From NCBI GenBank assembly GCA_013043005.1, contig JABDOZ010000063.1:1-61610 (forward strand): 61,610 bases of DNA, given 5' to 3'. Positions 22,546 to 32,603 of the stretch are shown here, in pieces. Position 1 is the first letter of the stretch, and every line of letters starts with the position of its first letter. Below the pieces are notes generated by a model, which saw only the letters and a program-made list of their open reading frames with translations, made no database searches and had not been told where the DNA came from. The position numbers and the translations under genes were made by a program. Source of the stretch: Flavobacteriaceae bacterium. Its GTDB lineage: Bacteria; Bacteroidota; Bacteroidia; Flavobacteriales; Flavobacteriaceae.

Positions 22546-22645
22546 TTTTCACGAATTGTTAAATAATTCATAATCATTATCCTACGCTTAAAACAAGCTA
22601 TATATTAGTCTAAAATATTTGTTTTTAATTTCCGTTATAAATGCT

Positions 22646-22653
22646 TAATTTTG
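22646..22653 (+). promoter_or_regulatory. candidate -7 promoter box (TAnnTTTG) for bamD
   Basis: TAATTTTG lies 17 nt upstream of the ATG at 22671. Confidence 0.4.
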
Positions 22654-22670
22654 CATTCTGTTTAAAATTC

Positions 22671-23471
22671 ATGAAGAAATATTTATTAATACTTTTATTG
22701 TTTATTGGATTTAGCTCATGCAATGAGTTCCAAAAAGCTCTTAAAAGCGAGAGCGTTGCTGAGAAATTTAAATTTGGAACACAGCTGTATGAAGACGGAA
22801 AGTATGCTAAGGCAAACCGCTTATTTGTGCAAATAGTACCTAATTACAGAGGCAAGCCGCAAGCTGAAAAGCTTATGTACATGTATTCTAAGTCTTTTTA
22901 CGAAATGAAAGACTTTTACTTAGCAGGATACCAGTTTGAACGATTTGTAACTTCCTATCCAAAAAGTGAAAAAGTTGAAGAAGCAGCTTATTTATCTGCG
23001 AAAAGCTATTATTTGTTATGCCCGATCTACACGAAGGACCAGAAAGATACAGTTGATGCAATAGAGAAACTCCAAGTTTTTATAAACACGTACCCTGAAT
23101 CGGAATATATAAGCGAGGCTAATGTAATGGTTAAGGAATTGGATTTTAAACTTGAAAGAAAAGCATTTGAAATAGCAAAACAATACAATACGATTACTGA
23201 TTATAAGGCATCAATTAATTCTTTTAACAATTTTCTATTAGAATATCCTGGTTCAATTCTAAGGGAAGAAGCGTTGTATGTAAGATCAGATTCAGCCTAT
23301 AAACTGGCTGTTAATAGTGTAGAATATAAAAAAGCAGCAAGATTAAAGACTGCTCAAATCTATTTGGATTCTTTTATTGGTTCTTTTCCAAATTCAGATA
23401 AATTGCAAGTAACCAAAGACATGTTACAAGAGGTAAACAATCAACTTGAAACAGTAAATACTAAAAGTTAA
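22671..23471 (+). CDS. bamD: outer membrane protein assembly factor BamD
   Basis: Lipobox GFSSC followed by TPR-like repeats. Sits in the conserved position upstream of rpoZ-coaBC. Start moved to the MKK at 22671. Confidence 0.8.
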   Translation: MKKYLLILLLFIGFSSCNEFQKALKSESVAEKFKFGTQLYEDGKYAKANRLFVQIVPNYRGKPQAEKLMYMYSKSFYEMKDFYLAGYQFERFVTSYPKSEKVEEAAYLSAKSYYLLCPIYTKDQKDTVDAIEKLQVFINTYPESEYISEANVMVKELDFKLERKAFEIAKQYNTITDYKASINSFNNFLLEYPGSILREEALYVRSDSAYKLAVNSVEYKKAARLKTAQIYLDSFIGSFPNSDKLQVTKDMLQEVNNQLETVNTKS

Positions 23472-23483
23472 TAAATAAGAAAT

Positions 23484-23816
23484 ATGGATTTCAAAAAAAG
23501 CAAGGCTCCTATAGAAACTCTTACTTACGACAGAAATAACATAGATGCACCAACTCAAAACATTTATGAGTCAATATCAGTAATTGCTAAACGAGCAGAG
23601 CAAATTAATTCGGAAATTAAAAAAGAATTGATTGAAAAATTAGAAGAATTTGCCACTTACACAGATAGCCTGGAAGAGATATTTGAAAATAAAGAACAAA
23701 TAGAAGTATCAAAGTTTTACGAAAAACTTCCAAAGCCACATGCATTAGCAATTCAAGAGTGGTTGGAAGATAAGATCTACTACAGAAATACTGAGGACGA
23801 ATCTCCAGAAGAATAA
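23484..23816 (+). CDS. rpoZ: DNA-directed RNA polymerase subunit omega (Bacteroidota long form)
   Basis: Omega-like core NIYESISVIAKRAEQI and an acidic C-terminus. Confidence 0.7.
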   Translation: MDFKKSKAPIETLTYDRNNIDAPTQNIYESISVIAKRAEQINSEIKKELIEKLEEFATYTDSLEEIFENKEQIEVSKFYEKLPKPHALAIQEWLEDKIYYRNTEDESPEE

Positions 23817-23822
23817 TAGCAA

Positions 23823-25034
23823 ATGTCAATATTAAGCGGGAAGAATGTACTTTTAGGCATTACGGCCGGTATTGCTGCCTATAAATCCGCTTCGTTAGTA
23901 AGACTATTTATTAAAGCTGGTGCAAGTGTTAAAGTAGTGATGACACCTGCATCTAAAGAGTTTGTCACACCTTTAACATTATCTACCTTATCCAAAAATC
24001 CGGTTTATTCTACTTTTACAGATGAAGAAGATGATAATGCTGTTTGGAATAGCCATGTTGACCTTGGACTTTGGGCCGATTTACTTGTTATAGCTCCTGC
24101 TACTGCAAATAGCATGTCAAAAATGGCAAATGGCGTCTGTGATAATTTGTTGCTGGCAGTATACCTCTCAGCAAAATGTCCAGTTTATTTTGCACCAGCC
24201 ATGGATCTGGATATGTACAAACATGAAACAACCAGAAGGACATTAAAAATCCTGAAAAGTTTTGATAATATTATTATTCCAGCGGTTGAAGGTGAACTCG
24301 CCAGTGGTTTGATTGGTGAAGGAAGAATGTCAGAACCGGAAGAGATTATTAAATTTATTGAATGTAATATAATAGATTCACTACCTCTAAGAGGCAAGAA
24401 AGTTCTGATAACTGCAGGTCCAACTTATGAGTCCATCGACCCTGTAAGATACATAGGAAACCACTCTAGTGGTAAAATGGGTTTTGAAATTGCAAAGGCT
24501 GCAGCAAATTTTGGAGCCACAGTTGTTTTAATTACCGGACCAACGTATCAAAATGTAGAACATTCTCTTATAAAAACAGTATCAGTGGTAAGTGCTGAAG
24601 ATATGTACAAGGCTACGTTAAGTGAATTTGATTCGGCTGATGTTGCTATTTTATCAGCGGCAGTTTCAGATTACAGACCAGCAAAAGTATCTCAGTCAAA
24701 AATAAAAAAGTCAGATGATACGTTAATATTAGAGTTGGTTAAAACCAAAGATATTTTGGCATCTTTGGGAAAAATTAAAAAAGATCAGTATTTAGTTGGG
24801 TTTGCATTAGAAACTGACAACGAATTGGAAAATGCAAAATCTAAACTGAATAGAAAAAATCTGGATTTAATTGTATTAAATTCTTTAAATGATAAAGGTG
24901 CCGGATTTGCTGTTGATACTAATAAAGTGACCATTATTGACAGGGATGAAAATTTTGTAAAATTTGACTTAAAATCTAAGAAGGAAGTAGCTCAAGATAT
25001 TTTAAAAATTATTATAGGTAAACTCCATGCGTAA
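23823..25034 (+). CDS. coaBC: bifunctional phosphopantothenoylcysteine decarboxylase/phosphopantothenate-cysteine ligase
   Basis: N-terminal flavoprotein motif GITAGIAAYKS, PASANSM-like ATANSMSK, and the C-terminal CoaB motif NHSSGKMG. Confidence 0.93.
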   Translation: MSILSGKNVLLGITAGIAAYKSASLVRLFIKAGASVKVVMTPASKEFVTPLTLSTLSKNPVYSTFTDEEDDNAVWNSHVDLGLWADLLVIAPATANSMSKMANGVCDNLLLAVYLSAKCPVYFAPAMDLDMYKHETTRRTLKILKSFDNIIIPAVEGELASGLIGEGRMSEPEEIIKFIECNIIDSLPLRGKKVLITAGPTYESIDPVRYIGNHSSGKMGFEIAKAAANFGATVVLITGPTYQNVEHSLIKTVSVVSAEDMYKATLSEFDSADVAILSAAVSDYRPAKVSQSKIKKSDDTLILELVKTKDILASLGKIKKDQYLVGFALETDNELENAKSKLNRKNLDLIVLNSLNDKGAGFAVDTNKVTIIDRDENFVKFDLKSKKEVAQDILKIIIGKLHA

Positions 25035-25914
25035 ATTTGTATTAGTTGTTTTTCTTTTTTTTAGTGTTAATATGTTCTCACAAGAATTAACCTGTGATAT
25101 TATTGTAAATGCGCAGCAAACCGGGAATGAAAATTTACCGGTTTTTAAAACTCTGGAAAAGCAATTAAGGGAATTCATAAATAATACCAAATGGACCGAT
25201 AAAACTTTTATGCCACAGGAACGGATTAATTGTAGTATGGTTATTAACGTAACTGCAAATAATAATGATTCTTTTGTTGCAAGTTTGCAGATACAATCTT
25301 CAAGACCTGTTTTCAATTCAACTTTTGTTACACCTGTCTATAACTATAATGATCCAAATTTTTCTTTCAAATATGTTGAATATCAGGATCTAATATTTAA
25401 TAAAAATCAGTTTGTATCTAATCTTGTTTCGGTTATAAGCTTCCATATTTATATGATTTTAGGGATAGATGCTGATACTTTTGCCTTAAATGGTGGTGAA
25501 AAGTATTTTGAGCAGGCTGAGGTCATACTTAATTATTCTCAACAAGAGAATTTTAAAGGATGGAATCTTGCAGATGGAAGACAAACGAGATATATTTTAA
25601 TATCTAATTTATTATCTCCAACATACAAAGAATATCGTAGTGCATTGTATTCATATCATTTTGAAGGATTAGATAAAATGCATGAAAATCCCAAACTTGC
25701 AAAAGAAAAAATAGCGAATTCATTTAATCAGTTAAAATTGATGAATAGTCGCAGACCAAATTCATTTTTATTAAGAACCTTCTTTGATGCTAAGTCAGAT
25801 GAAATTGAGCAGATTTTCACTGGTGGCCCAAGTATTAATATAACTGAGACCATTGAGACCTTGAATAAGATTGCGCCAATGCATTCCTCTAAATGGAGAA
25901 ATATTACCTTTTAA
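25027..25914 (+). CDS. porD: DUF4835 family protein (T9SS-associated PorD, by recollection)
   Basis: Signal peptide, size and position between coaBC and recN are typical for DUF4835. Overlaps coaBC by 8 nt. Confidence 0.6.
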   Translation: MRKFVLVVFLFFSVNMFSQELTCDIIVNAQQTGNENLPVFKTLEKQLREFINNTKWTDKTFMPQERINCSMVINVTANNNDSFVASLQIQSSRPVFNSTFVTPVYNYNDPNFSFKYVEYQDLIFNKNQFVSNLVSVISFHIYMILGIDADTFALNGGEKYFEQAEVILNYSQQENFKGWNLADGRQTRYILISNLLSPTYKEYRSALYSYHFEGLDKMHENPKLAKEKIANSFNQLKLMNSRRPNSFLLRTFFDAKSDEIEQIFTGGPSINITETIETLNKIAPMHSSKWRNITF

Positions 25915-25980
25915 TAAGATAATAAGGATTAACGTTTTATTGTTTTTGTCTATATTAGTTATCTCTAATTATTTGATCTA

Positions 25981-27633
25981 TTGCTAACTTCTCTGTCAAT
26001 AAAAAATTATGCATTAATTGATAACCTTTCGGTTGATTTCAATAATGGCTTATCAATAATAACAGGTGAAACAGGTGCTGGGAAATCAATTTTGCTTGGT
26101 GGCTTATCTTTGGTATTGGGCAAACGGGCAGATTTGTCAAGTGTTAAGAATAAGTCAGAAAAATGTATTATTGAAGCTGTTTTTGATATAGCTAATTACA
26201 ATTTAAAACAAGTTTTTTTAGAGCAGGATCTTGACTATGAGCCTCAAACGATTATTAGGAGAGAAATTCTTCCATCGGGAAAATCCAGAGCATTTGTTAA
26301 TGATACTCCAGTTAATTTGGATGCTTTGCAGGCATTAAGTAATTATTTAATAGATATACATTCACAGCATCAAACTTTAGAATTGACAAATAACCAATTT
26401 CAGTTTAAGGTAATCGATGCCTTGGCCAAAAACTCTGAATTATTGCGTGATTATAAGCATAACCTTGAAAATTTCAAAGCTTTAAATGTAGAATTGAAAG
26501 ATCTGAAATCCTTTCAGTCTGAAGCGATCAAGGAACAAGATTATAATTTGTTTTTGATGAATGAGTTGGAGGAAGCGAATTTGGTTAAAGGAGCGCTTGA
26601 AATTTTAGAAGAGGAGTATGAATCTCTTAATAATGTAGAAGAAATTAAAGAAAAATTATCTCAGGCAAATCAATTATTAAATGATGACCAATTAGGGATA
26701 TTATCGTCACTTACTGACTTAAAAAATACAATTCAAAAGCTATCAAATATTTCTAATAAATATCAGGAGTTATTTAATAGAATTAATGGCAGTTTAATTG
26801 AGTTAGATGATGTTTATTTAGAGATTGAAAACATGCAAGATCAACTTGATGCAGACCCAAACAGGCTGGAAGAAGTAAACTCTAAACTTCAAATAATACA
26901 TAATTTATTTCAGAAGCATAATTCTAATACAATTGATGATTTATTAACTATTAAAACCGACCTTTCACAAAAGGTGCAAGTCACAGAAAATATAGATTCT
27001 GATATTAGTGAACTAGAATCCAAAATAAATGGAGTCAGGAAAATGATTATTGATTTGGCTAAACAAATTAATCAAAACAGAAAAAAAGCCATTCCAGAAT
27101 TGGTAGATCAATTGCATGAAATTTTGGTAAATTTAGGAATTCCAAATGCACAATTCGAGTTAGAATTAAAACAAAAGGATGAATTTTATAACAATGGTAG
27201 CGATGAATTGTCTTTTCTATTCTCTGCAAATAAAGGTTCAAATCTTAATGAGCTTAAAAAAACAGCATCAGGAGGAGAGTTATCAAGAATTATGTTGGCC
27301 ATTAAATACATTTTATCAAAACATGTACAAATGCCAACAATCATGTTTGATGAAATAGATTCTGGAGTCTCAGGGGAAATATCTAATATGATGGCACAGA
27401 TAATGAAAAAAATGAGTAAATCAATGCAGGTATTTACGATAACACATCTTCCGCAGATTGCGGCAAAAGGCGATGTTCATTTTAGGGTTTTCAAGGAAGT
27501 TGCTGATAATAAGACTCATACTAATTTAGTGCGATTGAATCAAGATGAGAGAATTGTAGAAATTGCTCAAATGTTGGGAGGAAATAAAATGACTGATTCA
27601 GCAGTAATTCATGCGAAATCACTATTGCAATAA
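25981..27633 (+). CDS. recN: DNA repair protein RecN
   Basis: Walker A GETGAGKS, a long coiled coil, the ABC signature SGGELSR and Walker B MFDEIDSG. The conserved N-terminus MLxxLxIKNYALI requires the TTG start. Confidence 0.95.
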   Translation: MLTSLSIKNYALIDNLSVDFNNGLSIITGETGAGKSILLGGLSLVLGKRADLSSVKNKSEKCIIEAVFDIANYNLKQVFLEQDLDYEPQTIIRREILPSGKSRAFVNDTPVNLDALQALSNYLIDIHSQHQTLELTNNQFQFKVIDALAKNSELLRDYKHNLENFKALNVELKDLKSFQSEAIKEQDYNLFLMNELEEANLVKGALEILEEEYESLNNVEEIKEKLSQANQLLNDDQLGILSSLTDLKNTIQKLSNISNKYQELFNRINGSLIELDDVYLEIENMQDQLDADPNRLEEVNSKLQIIHNLFQKHNSNTIDDLLTIKTDLSQKVQVTENIDSDISELESKINGVRKMIIDLAKQINQNRKKAIPELVDQLHEILVNLGIPNAQFELELKQKDEFYNNGSDELSFLFSANKGSNLNELKKTASGGELSRIMLAIKYILSKHVQMPTIMFDEIDSGVSGEISNMMAQIMKKMSKSMQVFTITHLPQIAAKGDVHFRVFKEVADNKTHTNLVRLNQDERIVEIAQMLGGNKMTDSAVIHAKSLLQ

Positions 27634-27673
27634 AAACTTTATATTTACCGAATTATAATAGAAACACAAACAT

Positions 27674-28531
27674 ATGCATAATTTATTAAAAGGTAAGAGA
27701 GGAATTATTTTTGGAGCATTAGATTCAAAATCTATAGCTTGGAAAGTTGCAGAAAGAGCACATGAAGAAGGAGCAAAATTGGTTTTAACAAATGCTCCAG
27801 TAGCATTGAGACTTGGTACAATTTCAGAATTGGCAGAAAAAACTGGTTCTCAAATTATTCCTGCTGATGCAACTTCAATTATGGACCTTGAACATTTAAT
27901 AGATGAGTCTATGAAACTTTTAGGTGGTAAAATTGATTTTGTTTTGCATTCAATAGGCATGTCAGTAAATGTCCGTAGAGGAAACCATTACACACATCAA
28001 GACTATAATTTTACAAAAACTGGGTGGGATGTTTCTGCTTTATCTTTTCATAGATTGATGAGTGTTTTGTATCAAAGAGATGCCATGAATGAATGGGGAA
28101 GTTTAGTGGCTTTAACATATATGGCTGCCCAACGTGTATTTCCAGACTATAATGACATGGCTGACAATAAGGCTTATTTAGAGTCTGTAGCAAGAAGTTT
28201 TGGTTACTTCTTTGGACGAGATAAAAAAGTAAGAGTAAATACCATATCTCAATCTCCTACACCAACAACTGCAGGAAGTGGAGTAAAAGGATTTGATGGA
28301 TTTATTGCTTTTGCTGAGAAAATGTCACCTTTAGGAAATGCGACTGCATTAGAATGTGCTGATTATACAATTAGTTTATTTTCTGATTTAACAAAAAAAG
28401 TAACACTTCAAAACCTATTTCATGATGGAGGATTCTCAAACATGGGAGTCAGTACTGCACTCATGGAAGATTTTATGAAAAGTCAACCTCAGCCAGAATC
28501 AGATGAGGAACCTAAAGCATCAAAGAAGTAA
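27674..28531 (+). CDS. fabI: enoyl-[acyl-carrier-protein] reductase (NADH) FabI
   Basis: SDR-type N-terminus GKRGIIFGALDSKSIAW, a FabI-like core, and a short charged C-terminal tail. Confidence 0.85.
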   Translation: MHNLLKGKRGIIFGALDSKSIAWKVAERAHEEGAKLVLTNAPVALRLGTISELAEKTGSQIIPADATSIMDLEHLIDESMKLLGGKIDFVLHSIGMSVNVRRGNHYTHQDYNFTKTGWDVSALSFHRLMSVLYQRDAMNEWGSLVALTYMAAQRVFPDYNDMADNKAYLESVARSFGYFFGRDKKVRVNTISQSPTPTTAGSGVKGFDGFIAFAEKMSPLGNATALECADYTISLFSDLTKKVTLQNLFHDGGFSNMGVSTALMEDFMKSQPQPESDEEPKASKK

Positions 28532-28546
28532 ATAATAGAATTTTCG

Positions 28547-28578
28547 AAAGGGTGATTTATTAAATCACCCTTTTTTTT
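28547..28578 (+). terminator. Rho-independent terminator of fabI
   Basis: Stem AAAGGGTGATTT/AAATCACCCTTT is followed by a T-run ending at 28578. Confidence 0.8.
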
Positions 28579-28667
28579 GTTCTCTTTTTTTGGGCTATAC
28601 TATTAAATCTGTTTTTTATTATTTATGAACCATGAGTTTTATCATCATTTTACTGAATATTTTGATT

Positions 28668-28675
28668 TATTTTTG
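28668..28675 (+). promoter_or_regulatory. candidate -7 promoter box (TAnnTTTG) for the etf operon
   Basis: TATTTTTG lies 35 nt upstream of the etfB ATG. Confidence 0.4.
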
Positions 28676-28710
28676 AAGAATTATAATAAATCTTCAATTT
28701 AAGTAAATAC

Positions 28711-29592
28711 ATGAGAGCACTCAAAATTGTTGTTCTGGCAAAGCAAGTTCCAGATACAAGGCATGTTGGTCCGGATGCTATGAGACCAGATGGCACCGTG
28801 AATAGACCAAAACTTCAAACCGTTTTTAATCCAGATGATCTTCATGCCTTAGAATTGGCGTTGCATATAAAAGATCAAATACCAGAAACTAAGGTAACTG
28901 TGCTAACTATGGGTCCTAAAAGAGCCGCAGATATAATTAGAGAGGGTTATTATAGAGGAGCGGATTATGGTGTTATGATTTCCGACAAACGATTTGGTGG
29001 AGCTGATACTTTGGCGACCAGTTATACTTTAGTTAAGGCCATTCAAAAATTGGGAGATTTCGATTTAATTCTTGGTGGACGCCAGGCAATAGATGGAGAT
29101 ACGGCTCAAGTTGGACCTCAATGTGCAGATAAACTTAAGATTCCTCAAATAACATACGTCGATCAGATTGTTGAAATTAAGGATGATGAAATTATTGCAA
29201 GAAGACGACTGGAAAAAGGAGTTGAAACTGTTTCTTCACCTATGCCTTGTCTGATGACTGTTCACGGTTCTGCTCCGGCATGCCGATCAAGACATGCTAA
29301 ACGAGTTATGAAGTACAAGTATGCCAGAACGAGCACAGAATTGAATTCGAAAGGAACTGAAGATTTTCTAATTGATTTACATAAAAAAAGAAGCTATTTG
29401 ACTATACCAGAATGGTCGGTTGAAGATATTGGCGCAGAAATGGAAAAAATTGGATTGTCTGGTTCTCCAACGAAAGTAAAAAGCGTTGAAAGTATTGTGT
29501 TAACGGCTAAAGAATCAAAACAATTGAGTGAAGATGATGCCGATATTGAAATGATGATCCAGGAATTAATTGAAAAACATACCATAGGGTAG
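28711..29592 (+). CDS. etfB: electron transfer flavoprotein beta (small) subunit
   Basis: N-terminus KIVVLAKQVPDT, RQAIDGDTAQVGPQ (29092-29118 encodes DGDTAQVGP) and GLSGSPTKV. Its C-terminus is about 30 aa longer than in classical EtfB. Confidence 0.92.
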   Translation: MRALKIVVLAKQVPDTRHVGPDAMRPDGTVNRPKLQTVFNPDDLHALELALHIKDQIPETKVTVLTMGPKRAADIIREGYYRGADYGVMISDKRFGGADTLATSYTLVKAIQKLGDFDLILGGRQAIDGDTAQVGPQCADKLKIPQITYVDQIVEIKDDEIIARRRLEKGVETVSSPMPCLMTVHGSAPACRSRHAKRVMKYKYARTSTELNSKGTEDFLIDLHKKRSYLTIPEWSVEDIGAEMEKIGLSGSPTKVKSVESIVLTAKESKQLSEDDADIEMMIQELIEKHTIG

Positions 29593-29617
29593 CAGGTTAA
29601 ATAAAAATCAGATAGAA

Positions 29618-30637
29618 ATGAAAAATGTATTTGTATACTGCGAAGTAGAAAATCAGAAGGTAGCAGAAATAAGCCAGGAGTTGCTGTCAGCTGGTAAAAA
29701 ATTAGCAACTAAACTGGAATGCAAGCTGGAGGCCATGGTTTTTGGAAAGGAGCTAAATAATATTGATAAACAAATTGCTCCTTATGGTGTCGATATACTT
29801 TATATAGCAGATGATGACAGGTTAGAACCATATAGGACATTACCCCATGCAGCTTTAGCTGAACATTTATTAAAAAAGGAAGATCCGCAAATTGTATTAT
29901 TCGGTGCTACTTCCGTGGGTCGCGATCTGGCTCCAAGAATAGCCTCTGTACTTAACTGTGGATTAACTGCAGACTGCACCATATTAGATATAGGTGATCA
30001 TTTTGATAAGAAGGAAAAAAAGGAATACACCGGTTTATTATACGCTATGAGGCCAGCTTTCGGCGGAAGCATAATGGCAAACATCATTAACTGGGATATG
30101 CATCCTCAGATGGCAACAGTGAGAGAAGGAGTCATGAAAAAGGAAATATTCGATGCAAACTATAAAACTGAGGTGAGAAAAGTAGAAGTTAATGACATTG
30201 TAAAAGAAGAAGACTTTGTAGTTAAAATTATTGAACGGCATATAGAAGATTCTGGAGTTAATTTAAAAGAGGCACCTATAATTGTTGCTGGCGGTTATGG
30301 AATTGGATCCAGGGAGAATTTTCAGCATCTGGTTGATTTAGCCGAATTATTAGGAGGTGAAGTAGGTGGGTCCAGAGCCGCAGTAGATGCCGGTTTTATA
30401 GATCATGACCGACAAATAGGACAAACCGGAACTACCGTTAGACCTAAATTATATATCGCGGCTGGTATCTCTGGGGCTATTCAGCATAGAGCTGGAATGC
30501 AGGAAGCATCTATGATCATTTCAATAAATAATGATCCGGAAGCACCAATTAATAAAATTGCCGACTACGTCATTCATGGAGATTGTGGAGAAGTTCTTCC
30601 TAAGATGATAAAATATTACAAAAAGAACGCAAAGTAA
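29618..30637 (+). CDS. etfA: electron transfer flavoprotein alpha (large) subunit
   Basis: C-terminal FAD-binding signature PKLYIAAGISGAIQHRAGM. Confidence 0.92.
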   Translation: MKNVFVYCEVENQKVAEISQELLSAGKKLATKLECKLEAMVFGKELNNIDKQIAPYGVDILYIADDDRLEPYRTLPHAALAEHLLKKEDPQIVLFGATSVGRDLAPRIASVLNCGLTADCTILDIGDHFDKKEKKEYTGLLYAMRPAFGGSIMANIINWDMHPQMATVREGVMKKEIFDANYKTEVRKVEVNDIVKEEDFVVKIIERHIEDSGVNLKEAPIIVAGGYGIGSRENFQHLVDLAELLGGEVGGSRAAVDAGFIDHDRQIGQTGTTVRPKLYIAAGISGAIQHRAGMQEASMIISINNDPEAPINKIADYVIHGDCGEVLPKMIKYYKKNAK

Positions 30638-30688
30638 TTAATCAATCAAGAAATAGAGTTTATTTAGGACTCACGTTAAAAAATAATT

Positions 30689-32422
30689 ATGGATAACTTT
30701 TATACCGATACACCAGATTTCAAATTTCATTTAGAGGATCCTTTAGTAAAAAAAATAGTAAGTCTCAAAGAACGGAATTTTAATGAATCTGAATCATTTG
30801 ATTTTGCACCGTTAAATCATGATGATGCTATTGACACCTATGAAAAGATCTTGGAAATTGTTGGCGAAATATGTGCAGATATAATAGCTTCAAACGCAGA
30901 AGGTGTTGATTTAGAAGGGCCACATTTAGTCAATAACGAAGTAATTTATGCTGAAGGTACCAATGCAGACTATAAGGCTTTATATGACGCAGGATTAATC
31001 GGAATGGCTTTGCCCAGAAAATATGGAGGTTTGAATTTCCCATTACTTCCGTATGTTATGGCTGCAGAAATGGTGGCAAGAGCTGATGCTGGATTTGCCA
31101 ATATTTGGGGTTTACAAGACTGTGCAGAAACAATTTATGAATTCGGATCAGAGGAGCAAAAAGAAAAATATTTACCCCGTTTCAATCGTGATGGAGCAAC
31201 TGCTGCTATGGTACTTACCGAACCTGATGCTGGTTCAGACTTGCAATCTGTTAAATTAAAAGCAACTTTTGATGAAAATGAAAACATTTGGAAATTGAAT
31301 GGAGTAAAACGATTTATAACCAATGGTGATGCAGACATTTCATTGGTTTTGGCAAGATCTGAAGAAGGCACTATCGATGCTAGAGGATTATCCATGTTTA
31401 TCTATGACAGAAATAGTCGTGCCGTTCAAGTACGTCACCTTGAAAAGAAATTAGGCATAAAGGGTTCGCCTACCTGTGAATTGGTATTTAAGGATGCGCC
31501 GGCTGAGTTAGTAGGTAAGGAAAGATTCGGACTGATAAAATATGTGATGGCTTTAATGAATTCAGCTAGGTTAGGCGTTGGAGCGCAATCTGTTGGGATT
31601 GCTGATGCAGCATATAGAGAAGCTTTAAAATATGCCGAAGATCGCGCTCAGTTTGGAAAGGTGATTGTCAGGTTTCCAGCAGTATATGAAATGATTACTA
31701 ATATGCGAGTTCGTGTGGATGCTTTGCGAGCTCTATTGTATGAAACTACACGATTTGTTGATATGCAGAAGGTATATGAAGATCTTATGAAAGAACGGTC
31801 TCTAGAAAAAGAGGAACGATTAGAAATGAAAGCTTTTGCAAAATTGTCTAATGTATTTACACCTCTTATTAAATTGGTTGCCAGTGAAGCTTGCAATTCA
31901 ATTGCATATGACTCCTTGCAAATTCATGGCGGAACAGGTTTTATGAAGGACTTCCCAATTGAGAGAATTTATCGTGATGCCAGAATTACCTCGATTTATG
32001 AAGGTACAACTCAGTTACAAGCTGTAGCAGCCATTAAAGGTGTAACAACTGGTATTTTCTTAGATCAAATTAAAAAATATGATTTAGAAGTTTCTGATAA
32101 AAATTGTGAAATAAGAACGAAGCTTCATAAAATGACCGAAGCATATGAATCAATTTCTAGCCGAGTCATTGATCTAGATAATAACGAATTGTTAGATTTT
32201 CATTCAAGAAGATTAGTAGAAATGGCTGGTAATATTGTTATGGGTTATTTATTGGTATTGAGTGGTCAGCGAGAAGAAAGATTCTTAAAATCTGCAAAAC
32301 TGTTTGTCAATTTAGCAAACTCAGAAAACAGGGAACGTTATGAATATATCAATAGTTTTGAACCATCTGATCTCAATTTATACAAGTTAGCAGAATTTGA
32401 AGAACTAGAGGAGCAAGTGTAG
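30689..32422 (+). CDS. long-form acyl-CoA dehydrogenase (about 577 aa, extra C-terminal domain)
   Basis: ACAD motifs TEPDAGSD, GSPTCELVF and the catalytic-base context IYEGTTQLQ, plus about 120 extra C-terminal residues. Confidence 0.9.
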   Translation: MDNFYTDTPDFKFHLEDPLVKKIVSLKERNFNESESFDFAPLNHDDAIDTYEKILEIVGEICADIIASNAEGVDLEGPHLVNNEVIYAEGTNADYKALYDAGLIGMALPRKYGGLNFPLLPYVMAAEMVARADAGFANIWGLQDCAETIYEFGSEEQKEKYLPRFNRDGATAAMVLTEPDAGSDLQSVKLKATFDENENIWKLNGVKRFITNGDADISLVLARSEEGTIDARGLSMFIYDRNSRAVQVRHLEKKLGIKGSPTCELVFKDAPAELVGKERFGLIKYVMALMNSARLGVGAQSVGIADAAYREALKYAEDRAQFGKVIVRFPAVYEMITNMRVRVDALRALLYETTRFVDMQKVYEDLMKERSLEKEERLEMKAFAKLSNVFTPLIKLVASEACNSIAYDSLQIHGGTGFMKDFPIERIYRDARITSIYEGTTQLQAVAAIKGVTTGIFLDQIKKYDLEVSDKNCEIRTKLHKMTEAYESISSRVIDLDNNELLDFHSRRLVEMAGNIVMGYLLVLSGQREERFLKSAKLFVNLANSENRERYEYINSFEPSDLNLYKLAEFEELEEQV

Positions 32423-32441
32423 AATTTATAATTAATTTAAT

Positions 32442-32475
32442 AAAAAGACCTCATAAATAAAATGAGGTCTTTTTG
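32442..32475 (+). terminator. Rho-independent terminator of the etf-acd operon
   Basis: Stem AGACCTCAT/ATGAGGTCT (32446-32454/32462-32470), a 7-nt loop and a trailing T-run. Confidence 0.8.
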
Positions 32476-32603
32476 TATATAAAAGGAAAATATTGTTCAA
32501 TTCGTCGATTATATATGCATTTTAACGATGATATATGTATGTTTGTCGAGAATTAGCTGATAAAAATAAATCAACCAAACATTTTAGAACCAAATCAAAT
32601 ACC

